DNA of 64,000 nucleotides from Candidatus Ruminococcus intestinipullorum. GTDB taxonomy: Bacteria; Bacillota; Clostridia; Lachnospirales; Lachnospiraceae. Below, in pieces: positions 17,499-25,446 of this stretch. Each line of letters opens with the position of its first letter. Position 1 is the first letter of the stretch. The translations under genes were made by a program, and so were the position numbers. The stretch is taken from NCBI GenBank assembly GCA_018883985.1, contig JAHLFA010000084.1, positions 39,701-103,700 on the forward strand, in the 5' to 3' direction. The notes under the pieces are model-generated. The model was given only the letters and a program-made list of their open reading frames with translations, searched no databases and had not been told where the DNA came from.

Positions 17499-18712
17499 TG
17501 ATGAAAACAAATATAACAGATAATCGGCCACCGTTTTGTTTATTAAACGGAAAAACTCCAACGGAATTGTTTTCTGATCTGCCAACACCATGTTACGTCA
17601 TAGATGAAGCCGGACTCATAAAAAATGGTAAAATTCTTCAATCTGTTATAAAGAATACAGGATGTAAAATACTGCTGGCTCAGAAAGCGTTTTCAAATTA
17701 TAATTTTTATCCGCTTTTATCGGAATATCTTTCAGGGACGGAAGCCAGCGGACTATTCGAAGCAAGACTTGGAGCAGAAAAAATGCCCGAAAAGGAAGTA
17801 CATGTTTTCTGTGCTGCATATAAAGAAAACGAATTTGATGAACTTCTGGATTATGCGGATCATATTGTGTTTAACTCTCCCGGACAGTTGAAAAAATACG
17901 GTGAGAAAGCAAAAAACTGTGGAAAAAGTATAGGACTGCGTATCAATCCTCAGTATTCCACGCAGGAAGGACATGAAATATATGACCCCTGTGCCCCGGG
18001 AAGCCGGCTTGGAACAACACGGGATGTATGGAATGCTCAAATGACAGATGAGCTGATAAACTTGTTGGATGGACTCCATTTTCATACGCTTTGTGAACAA
18101 AATGCGGATGCACTTAAGCAGACGCTGGAGGCTGTGGAGGATAAGTTTGGAGATGTTCTGTCACGAATGAAATGGATAAACATGGGAGGTGGACATCATA
18201 TTACACGTGAGGACTATGATGTCTCTCTTCTGGAAGAACTGATTACCCATGTACAAAATAAATGGGAGGTGGAGGTATATCTGGAACCTGGAGAGGCAGT
18301 CGCTTTGAACGCGGGATACCTTGCCTGCCGGGTTCTGGATATTGTGCAGAATGGTGATATAAAAACAGCTATTCTGGATGTCAGCGCTGCATGCCATATG
18401 CCAGACGTCATTGAAATGCCTTATATACCTCCATTGTATGGTGGAACCGATGGAGAAGAAGGAGAATATTCTTTTCTTTTAGCAGGTCCCACTTGTCTGG
18501 CTGGTGATGTCATAGGCAGATACAGTTTTTGCCAGGAACTTCAGATCGGAGATCTTCTTCTTTTTGGTGATATGGCAATTTATTCAACTTGTAAAAATAA
18601 CACTTTCAATGGTATTCCACTGCCAGATATATGGAAAAAAACAAGTTCTGGAAAATTTGAGAGAATTACGGATTTTGGATATTATAATTTTAAAAACAGA
18701 CTGGGAAAATAA
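17498..18712 (+). CDS. nspC: Carboxy(nor)spermidine decarboxylase
   Basis: 'LLAQKAFS', 'YDPCAPGSRLG', 'GLHFHTLCEQ', 'GGGHHIT', 'CLAGD', 'NTFNGIPLP'. Confidence 0.92.
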   Translation: MMKTNITDNRPPFCLLNGKTPTELFSDLPTPCYVIDEAGLIKNGKILQSVIKNTGCKILLAQKAFSNYNFYPLLSEYLSGTEASGLFEARLGAEKMPEKEVHVFCAAYKENEFDELLDYADHIVFNSPGQLKKYGEKAKNCGKSIGLRINPQYSTQEGHEIYDPCAPGSRLGTTRDVWNAQMTDELINLLDGLHFHTLCEQNADALKQTLEAVEDKFGDVLSRMKWINMGGGHHITREDYDVSLLEELITHVQNKWEVEVYLEPGEAVALNAGYLACRVLDIVQNGDIKTAILDVSAACHMPDVIEMPYIPPLYGGTDGEEGEYSFLLAGPTCLAGDVIGRYSFCQELQIGDLLLFGDMAIYSTCKNNTFNGIPLPDIWKKTSSGKFERITDFGYYNFKNRLGK

Positions 18713-18736
18713 TGAACCACCTGTCGAGTATTATCT

Positions 18737-18845
18737 AATCCTGAAATGGCTGCTCTTCTATCCTCTCTTGCTAAAAGTATGCAGAAATAGCAGAAATAGT
18801 TGTGGACGAAAGTTCTTAACAAATTGGTATTCTTGTAGTATAATA
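18737..18845 (+). repeat. Direct repeat of 12468-12571: integrase 3' tail plus downstream promoter
   Basis: 54-bp AATCCTGAAATGGCTGCTCTTCTATCCTCTCTTGCWAAAAGTATGCAGAAATAG (1 mismatch), then a diverged promoter TTAACA-N17-TATAAT (18816-18844). Confidence 0.85.
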
Positions 18846-19121
18846 AATCTGTAAAAAGAATGATTCGAAAAATTGAATATTGTTTCACCATTTCTGTTTT
18901 GTCAGAGGTTTCCGGTGATCAATATTTATGCTTTCGAACTTTCTTATGAACATTCCCCAGATGGTGGCAAATGCCAAAGATTTGCTAACAAAAAGGGGTG
19001 TACAGCTAATAACAAAGAATAACAAGGATTGTCTCGGACGGGATTCGGAACCGAAAAAAGCCTTGATTTTACTTGACTTAGGAGCACTTCGCTTAACTGT
19101 GTTTGACACCGTAGCGTGGTG

Positions 19122-19166
19122 CTCCTAAGCGGTAGGTCGGAGGTTCAAATCCTCTTAGCGACGCCA
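19122..19166 (+). tRNA. 3' half of a tRNA-Arg(CCT) with CCA (att site remnant 2)
   Basis: CT-CCT-AA, GCGGT, AGGTC, GGAGG-TTCAAAT-CCTCT, TAGCGAC-G-CCA; no 5' half; followed by hairpin CGCCGAAAAC/GTTTTCGGCG. Confidence 0.85.
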
Positions 19167-19249
19167 AAAACTCCGCCGAAAACGTTGATTTTTCAAGGTT
19201 TTCGGCGTTTTCTATTTTCCGAGAAAAGTTGAACTTATAGAAATATGTG

Positions 19250-19428
19250 ATTAGCAGGAGTGATTTTTGCTAATCAAATTTATCGAGAAAGATTGAACTC
19301 CGCATATTATAGTCATGGATTAGCTCTTATATTCTTGCTAATGATTAGCAAGAAATTTTTTGAATTTGCTAATCAAACTTCCTTCCCTGCTAATTTGAGG
19401 AAAATTCTTGCTAAAAATCCTGCTAATT
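19250..19428. repeat. TGCTAA(T) repeat cluster, putative arm-binding sites
   Basis: Direct copies at 19268, 19336, 19367, 19388, 19409, 19421; inverted ATTAGCA at 19250 and 19344. Confidence 0.7.
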
Positions 19429-19500
19429 TAAAAGGCGATTGTTACAAATGCAACCGATTATTATACGGTTTTATATAGTCACTATAATCGTACATTTGAG

Positions 19501-19688
19501 CTGACTCTGGACATGCACAGGTCAAGATGGTGGCGGATGTATATTCGCATATCATAGACGATGACAGACGACTCAATGCACAGCGTTTTGAGGAACAGTT
19601 TTATCAGGGCAGAGGTCAGATGCCGACAGAGAAAGTGCAGGCGGAAACCGTACCCGAAGCGTCACAATCCGACAAAGTGATGCTGTTA
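19501..19688 (+). pseudogene. Tyrosine integrase C-terminal remnant
   Basis: 'DSGHAQVKMVADVYSHIIDDDRRLNAQRFE' is homologous to 'DSGHSQANMILNVYSHILDDDRRKNAKLFE' of the intact integrase. Confidence 0.85.
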
Positions 19689-19821
19689 ATCCCCATCAAG
19701 AGCCCGACCACGGAGAATGAAAAAGTCAGAAAATCTGCTTTTGTATTACGGGGTGGATCTTGCTCTTTGAAAATTCATACCCTCTCACTAATAGAAACGA
19801 AACGAGCTTGTTTTACAGTGT
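19689..19821. repeat. Second copy of the oriT-region segment (6949-7081)
   Basis: ATCCCCATCAAGAGCCCGACC...TTTTACAGTGT with about 4 substitutions. Confidence 0.9.
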
Positions 19822-19860
19822 AGATTGCAAATTTAAATAATTTCTTTACCCCACACTATA

Positions 19861-19889
19861 TTGATATTAACTGAAATGTTGGGTATAAT
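19861..19889 (+). promoter_or_regulatory. sigma70-type promoter of the four-gene cassette
   Basis: TTGATA-N17-TATAAT just before the 19898/19907 start codons. Confidence 0.65.
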
Positions 19890-19897
19890 ATGGGTGG

Positions 19898-20209
19898 GTG
19901 AGAACAATGAATTTAATAATCAGTACCGTAAAAAAGGAAAAACGGCGGATCGATTATATGTTGGGAAAATACCGGGATATTCTATCAAGACTTCCTAAAG
20001 GCACGATTTCTGAAAAGAAAGTCAATGGAAATACTTACTGTTATTTAAAATACCGGGATGGGAAAAAAGTGATTTCAAAATACATAGGAAAAAATGATAT
20101 TGAATCCATGCGTGAACAGATTGAAAAACGGCATCATGTGGAGGCGATGATTCACTTCCTGACAGAAGAACAGAAACTTGCAGAAAAAGTGTTGGAGGGA
20201 AAGCTATGA
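19898..20209 (+). CDS. Small basic coiled-coil/beta protein (DUF6788-like), function unknown
   Basis: '[33 protein letters not shown]'; ATGA overlap with the next gene. Confidence 0.6.
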   Translation: MRTMNLIISTVKKEKRRIDYMLGKYRDILSRLPKGTISEKKVNGNTYCYLKYRDGKKVISKYIGKNDIESMREQIEKRHHVEAMIHFLTEEQKLAEKVLEGKL

Positions 20210-20694
20210 TCTTATATCATGGAAGCAATGTGATAGTCTCAGAACCTAAGCTGGTTCAGCAGAATCGGTTTTTGGATTTTGGGTTTGGATTTTATACGAC
20301 TACAAATAAGAAACAGGCAGTTTCCTTTGCGGAAAAAGTGTACCGCAGGCGGAAAGAAGGCGGAAAAGTCGTTAATGTTTATGAGATTGACGAGCAGACA
20401 GCTTTTGCAGAATGTTCGGTGTTACGTTTTGAGTGTGCTGATGAAGCGTGGCTGGACTTTGTATCAGATAACAGATCCGGCAACTATGAAGGACCTGAAT
20501 ATGATTTTGTCTATGGACCTGTTGCCAATGATGATGTATATACAACCTTTACCCTCTATACATCTGGTGTCCTGACAAAGGAGCAGACAATAGAAGCTTT
20601 GAAAATCAAGAAATTGTATAATCAGTTGGTCTTAGGTTCTGAAACAGCATTAAGCTATCTGAAATTTAAAGGAATTTTGCCGGAGGTGGAATGA
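20206..20694 (+). CDS. DUF3990-like protein, predicted ADP-ribosyltransferase-fold toxin
   Basis: 'MILYHGS...DFGFGFYTT...QA..FA...WLDFV..NR...[13 protein letters not shown]...NQ'. Confidence 0.75.
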   Translation: MILYHGSNVIVSEPKLVQQNRFLDFGFGFYTTTNKKQAVSFAEKVYRRRKEGGKVVNVYEIDEQTAFAECSVLRFECADEAWLDFVSDNRSGNYEGPEYDFVYGPVANDDVYTTFTLYTSGVLTKEQTIEALKIKKLYNQLVLGSETALSYLKFKGILPEVE

Positions 20695-20936
20695 TAATGG
20701 ATGAAAAGAAATTTGAGGCTATGCTGACCTTGATCGTACCAAAGACAGTTAATTTAATTACTGAAAACTATCCATATGATGAAATTACGGCATATAAAGA
20801 ATTTTATGCATCAAAGGTTTATTCTCTGTTGGAGCAGGAAGAGACAAAAATATGGCATTTCAGCCCTTTAACGTTATTTAATATGTTCGACGAGGAAAAA
20901 AGAACCGGAGATTTTACAATTCCAGAGGAGGTATGA
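20691..20936 (+). CDS. Small acidic helical protein (DUF3791-like), candidate antitoxin
   Basis: '[29 protein letters not shown]'; ATGA overlaps on both sides. Confidence 0.6.
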   Translation: MIMDEKKFEAMLTLIVPKTVNLITENYPYDEITAYKEFYASKVYSLLEQEETKIWHFSPLTLFNMFDEEKRTGDFTIPEEV

Positions 20937-21151
20937 TAATGAGTAAAGAAGGGAATTTTTTGGCGTATTGTATTGAAAAATATAAATCGGCGAAGCACCT
21001 GACCGGAAAACAGGTCAGCGAACTGTTCAGTCAATATAATGTATGGGACTATATTTACTCTTGTTTTGAGGCGCTGCATACAACTGGAGATAATTATATT
21101 GTGGATGATATTGATTTGTATATTGAAGCGCGTCAACAGGCAATGGCATAA
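20933..21151 (+). CDS. DUF3791-like protein, candidate antitoxin
   Basis: 'FLAYCIEKYK...LF..Y.VWDYI..CFEALHTTGDNYIVDDIDLYI'; followed by a hairpin and T run at 21160-21197. Confidence 0.7.
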   Translation: MIMSKEGNFLAYCIEKYKSAKHLTGKQVSELFSQYNVWDYIYSCFEALHTTGDNYIVDDIDLYIEARQQAMA

Positions 21152-21314
21152 AAGAGGTACAGTCATCAGATTTCATTTCTGGTGGCTGTATTTTTTTGTC
21201 AAAAATAATCAAAAAAGGTTAATCATTGACACTGTAAAATACTCCGATTTCCTTTCTATATATGAAGAGGTTCATATCATGACTCTTCGTATTAATGAAT
21301 GGAAAGAGGTATGT

Positions 21315-21506
21315 ATGATGGTAGAAAAACGGTGTTATACAGTAGCAGAATTACAGGAAATCCTTGGAGTCAGCCGACCGACAGTTTACAGCCTTCTGAA
21401 AAGGAATGAATTCCGTTGGATCCAGCTGGACGGTGGAAAGTACCGGATCTCCAAAAAAAGTTTTGATGACTGGCTTGATAAGCAGCCGACAGCAGAATTA
21501 TTCTAG
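21315..21506 (+). CDS. Excisionase-like HTH_17 protein (paralogue of 7246-7428)
   Basis: Nearly identical protein; part of the duplicated block 21197-21747 vs 7126-7675. Confidence 0.85.
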   Translation: MMVEKRCYTVAELQEILGVSRPTVYSLLKRNEFRWIQLDGGKYRISKKSFDDWLDKQPTAELF

Positions 21507-21583
21507 TACGAAAAAAATCATTCGACATAGTAATGTATTTTTAATATTTCCGTTATCCTTTCAGCAGGAAGGGAGAATTGTCT

Positions 21584-21760
21584 ATGGATAAAAAGGAAGA
21601 ATGGATGAAAGAAGAATATCAGGATTTGATCAAGGACATTGAATCCAATAGTCCATATAAAAGAAACCCATCTCCTCAAAAGAAATGGATGAGCGTAACG
21701 GAAATGGGAGAATTGTTAGGACTTAAGAAGACGGATCGGTACTGGCTATTACAAACTTAA
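21584..21760 (+). pseudogene. Truncated multi-HTH gene (paralogue of 7512-8507)
   Basis: Similarity stops abruptly after 'KKTDRYWL' (about 21747), where AlbA_2 sequence begins. Confidence 0.85.
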
Positions 21761-22939
21761 TAAGGGAAACAACAGAATATGATAAGAAGGCTGCACTTGA
21801 GACAAAAAAGCTGAAAAGCTGGTGCAAAAGTGTTAGCGCATTTGCCAATACGTCCGGCGGAGTATTGATTTTTGGTATTTCAGATGACGGGAATATTATT
21901 GGCCTTGCCGATCCGGTGGGAGATGCAGAAAAAATCAGTGAAATCATAAAAGGCAGACGGGATCCTATACCGGAATTCACTCTACGATTTTGTGAAGAAG
22001 AGGGGAAAACATTAGTTATCCTGGATATTTGTAAAGGTGAGGAGACACCATATTATTATTCCGGGGATGGAGTGCTGGAAGCATATATCCGTGTCGGGAA
22101 CGAGAGTGTGAAAGCAACTTCTACCGAGTTAAAAAGGCTCGTCCTCCGGGGAAAGAATACATCCTATGATTCACAGCTTTCTTCTTATAAAGCAGAGGAC
22201 TATGCTTTTTCAAAATTGAAAGAAAGATATAAAAAGTGGACAGGAAACAGCTTTGACGACAAAGATCTGACTTCTTTTGGGCTGGCAGATGAACAGGGAT
22301 GTCTGACTAATGCAGGGGCGCTCCTTGCCGATGAAAGCCCGATCAGATGGTCAAGGGTGTTCTGTACAAGGTGGAATGGCATAAATAAGAGCGGCGGCAT
22401 AATGGCTGCAATGGATGATGCAGAATATTCTGGCAGCATAATTTCTCTGATTGAAAATGGAGAAGCCTTTATCAAACCTGATCCAGGAACGGGAGCCGTT
22501 CACAGTACCATCCACCAGAAGAAATCCGGTCCTTGCAGATGTGCTGAACCGTCTGGGATATATGGAACGGAAAGGCAGCGGATTTGAGAAAATCATCAGC
22601 GGATATGAGTTTCAGATAAATTATGATGAAAGTAAAAAGCCTAAATTCCGGTCTGACAGATACCAGTTTACAGTGGTGATGCCAAATCTGAATTATGATG
22701 TCCTCCAGGATGTCACCACAAATGTCATCAGTGATGTCACCACGAATGTCACCAAAGACAAGCTGGATGATAAGATTTTAAGCTTGATCAGAAAAGACAG
22801 CAGGATCAGCACAAGAAAAATGGCAGAAAGGTTAGGCGTTAATGTCAGAACGATAAGCCGTCATTTGAAAAAAATGGATCACGTAAATTATATTGGACGG
22901 GGATCAAATGGCCATTGGAAGATTTTAGAGGAGGAATAA
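21748..22939 (+). pseudogene. Schlafen/AlbA_2 plus ATPase (HATPase_c_4-like) plus HTH gene; start lost, internal deletion/frameshift near 22475
   Basis: 'LIRETTEYDKK...SWCKSVSAFANTSGGVLIFGISDD' (AlbA_2), 'LTNAGALL', then in another frame 'RRNPVLADVLNRLGYMERKGSG' and HTH 'ISTRKMAERLGVNVRTISRHL'. Confidence 0.8.
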
Positions 22940-23078
22940 TATGTTTTTCTTTTTATAAATACTTTCCTGAGATTTTCTACTCATGGAGTGGAGAATCTGG
23001 CAGGTTGGTTTTATAGACATACTATCGAGTATTATTGCAAATAAAAGACGATAGAGAAAGACTGTAGTCGAAAAGTCG

Positions 23079-23107
23079 TAGACAAACCGGCCATTACACG
23101 GTATAGT
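23079..23107 (+). promoter_or_regulatory. sigma70-type promoter of the conserved non-coding element (copy 2)
   Basis: TAGACA-N17-TATAGT. Confidence 0.7.
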
Positions 23108-23113
23108 ATAGAT

Positions 23114-23371
23114 AGTAAATCTGATCAATTGAATATTGTATATCATTCCTGCTAAAGTGGGTATGGTAGCCGATCCTGTCGGTAGCCGTTGACAGTAATG
23201 CGGACACCTTATATTAGCCACGGCCAATATCCGGCTAATATTTACCGGTTGTTCCGGGTTTACAGAGGCTGACAGCAATTGACCGGAAACGATTTGAACA
23301 ATAGTAAAAATGCTTTAACAGCGTGCCTTGTGTGAACTGAACATGACTCAGATTGACAGTGGTCGGGAGAC
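23114..23371 (+). ncRNA. Candidate structured non-coding RNA / attR arm (copy 2)
   Basis: Collinear with 11635-11892 at a constant offset of 11479. Confidence 0.5.
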
Positions 23372-23412
23372 CTCCTAAGCGCTAGCTGTGGGTTCGATTC
23401 CCGCACGGGACG
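23372..23412 (+). tRNA. 3' half of a tRNA-Arg(CCT) (att site remnant 3)
   Basis: CT-CCT-AA, GCGCT, AGCT, GTGGG-TTCGATT-CCCGC, ACGGGAC-G; followed by terminator AGTGGA.ATGATT/AATCATAGTCCACTTTTTT. Confidence 0.85.
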
Positions 23413-23490
23413 TTTGAAATAAGAGTGGATATGATTGCATAAATCATAGTCCACTTTTTTCTTAATGGAGAGAAAGGAGGAGGTTTTATA

Positions 23491-25152
23491 ATGAAAGTAG
23501 AAGAATTTAAAAAAATCTTAGACAAAGGGGAAACAGATGCTGTTGAATTTAAATCTTGGATTAAAGCGAAAAATCAAAAGGAGATTATTTCGCTTGCTGT
23601 GGATGAGTTAATTGCATTCGCAAATCATAGAGGTGGAACTGTTTATTTTGGAGTAGAAGATAATCCTGTTGAAGTGACAGGATGTGATAGGAAGTATGAT
23701 AGCCAACGAATTATAGAAGGAATTTATGATAAGACAAGGCCATCGTTATTTACTGAAATAGAAGAATTTGAGTATAATGGTAAGCTTGTTATTGCAATTT
23801 CAGTTAAGGCAGATGGGAAAATTTATACAACAACGGATGGAAGATGCTTAAAACGTTTAGGAAAGAATTCAAAACCATTATATCCAGATGAGTTAAGCAA
23901 CGTATATTCATCGATTCAAAATCCAGATTTTTCTGCAAGAATTATAAGTGAAAGTACACTGGATGATGTAAATAAACTTGAGGTTTATAGATTAAAGGAA
24001 AAACTAAGGGTTAGAGATGCTAAATCTACACTTCCTGATTTGGATGACAATGATTTTTTAAGAGGTTTACAATTGACGAAAATGGATGGAGATATTGAAC
24101 GACTTACCATTGCAGGTCTATTATTTGTCGGAAAGGAAACTTCAATTCGTAGAATGTTACCACAAGCAGAAGTTATTTATCTACATTATTCTGATAATAA
24201 TTTGGAAGAATATGATGCAAGGCTGGATTTAAAAATACCATTGATAAATATTATAGATAAACTTACAGAAAGAGTTCAGACTTATGGAAAAATAGAGAAT
24301 ATACAAATTGGTTTATTTAGATTAGAGATAGAAGAATTTCCAGAAAGAGTATTTCAAGAAGCATTGCTTAATGCTTTGTCACACAGAGATTATCAAAGTA
24401 ATGCAGCTATATACGTGAAACAGTATCCAGATCGAATTGTAATTGAGAATCCAGGTGGATTTCTAGATGGAATCACGGAAAATAATATTATTACACATCC
24501 ATCTGTTCCAAGAAATAAATTAATAGCTGAGACATTGCAACATTTGAAATATGTTCAAAGAACAGGACAAGGTGTGGATATAATGTTTAAAGATATGGTT
24601 TCCTTAGGAAAGCCATATCCAAGATACAAATCTTTCAATGATGCTGTTTCCCTAACAATATATAATGCAATTGATAATACAAAATTTGTAAAATTTATAG
24701 TTGAAATACAAGAAGAGCATATCGAAATTATGTCATTGGCAGAAATAATGATATTAAGAGATTTGTTGGATAACCGTAAAGAGTCATTGTCAGTTTTATC
24801 AGGTATAGTTCAGAAATCATTAGATGAAACAAAAAAATCATGCAATAAATTGATTGCTAAAGGATTAATTGAGGTTGTAGGAAAAGAGTATATGTTAACA
24901 GCTAAGGTATATGAGATACTTAAGTCAGATATAGAGTATACAAGAGATAAAACAATACAGTATATTAAGGCTAAAAATATGATTATAGATTATTTAGGTA
25001 TGAAAGGTAATGATAAAATAACGTCTGCTAAAATTCAAGAAATGTGTGGTTTTACTAAGCAACAAGCAAGAAGAACTATTGATAAAATGAGAGAAGAAGG
25101 AATCATAGATATTTGTAGGCGTGGAAAATATTCGTATTATGTGAAGTGTTGA
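23491..25152 (+). CDS. Schlafen/AlbA_2 plus HATPase_c_4-like ATPase plus winged-HTH protein, intact
   Basis: 'GETDAVEFKS', 'AFANHRGGTVYFGVED', 'QEALLNALSHRDY', 'IENPGG', 'PRNKLIA...QRTGQG'; strong RBS; visibly AT-rich. Confidence 0.88.
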   Translation: MKVEEFKKILDKGETDAVEFKSWIKAKNQKEIISLAVDELIAFANHRGGTVYFGVEDNPVEVTGCDRKYDSQRIIEGIYDKTRPSLFTEIEEFEYNGKLVIAISVKADGKIYTTTDGRCLKRLGKNSKPLYPDELSNVYSSIQNPDFSARIISESTLDDVNKLEVYRLKEKLRVRDAKSTLPDLDDNDFLRGLQLTKMDGDIERLTIAGLLFVGKETSIRRMLPQAEVIYLHYSDNNLEEYDARLDLKIPLINIIDKLTERVQTYGKIENIQIGLFRLEIEEFPERVFQEALLNALSHRDYQSNAAIYVKQYPDRIVIENPGGFLDGITENNIITHPSVPRNKLIAETLQHLKYVQRTGQGVDIMFKDMVSLGKPYPRYKSFNDAVSLTIYNAIDNTKFVKFIVEIQEEHIEIMSLAEIMILRDLLDNRKESLSVLSGIVQKSLDETKKSCNKLIAKGLIEVVGKEYMLTAKVYEILKSDIEYTRDKTIQYIKAKNMIIDYLGMKGNDKITSAKIQEMCGFTKQQARRTIDKMREEGIIDICRRGKYSYYVKC

Positions 25153-25155
25153 GGT

Positions 25156-25313
25156 TACGAGTTTTCTTACGAGTTATTTTATAAAAAAACTCGTAAGAAA
25201 ACTCGTATGAAAGAAATCAAATAGAGAAATGCTTGTAAACACAGAGGTTATTAATAATATTTACGAGTTTTTTATGAGTTAGATAGTTAAAAAGACTTAT
25301 AAGAAAGTAACTC
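25156..25313. repeat. TACGAGTT direct/inverted repeat array
   Basis: Perfect 20-bp inverted repeat TACGAGTTTTCTTACGAGTT (25156-25175) / AACTCGTAAGAAAACTCGTA (25188-25207); degenerate second set at 25261-25313. Confidence 0.85.
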
Positions 25314-25446
25314 AGACATATAAATTATATATATGGAAAAAGGAAGGGGATTTTATTCTAAATATTTATTATGGTGAAATGATAGGGGGCATATCAAATT
25401 GATATGCCCTTCACATAAGAAAAAGGACAAAAAATCTGTGCCAGCA

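Larger units (their letters stand above)
11893..19131. mobile_element. Defective integrative element B (7.2 kb) carrying the polyamine operon
   Basis: Bounded by CTCCTAAGCG direct repeats; TGCCACCA repeats at the left end and one inverted copy at 18962; only ParB and integrase scars remain. Confidence 0.75.
19122..23381. mobile_element. Defective integrative element C (4.25 kb), deletion derivative related to element A
   Basis: Bounded by CTCCTAAGCG; shares the oriT segment, xis region and right end with element A; contains an integrase remnant. Confidence 0.75.

Noticed and set aside
19527-19823. 98-aa ORF as a real gene
   Set aside because: It is an integrase remnant reading through into the non-coding oriT repeat.
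11893-23412. Functional tRNA genes at 11893, 19122 and 23372
   Set aside because: Upstream sequence cannot form the D-arm, the anticodon stem or the 5' acceptor strand.
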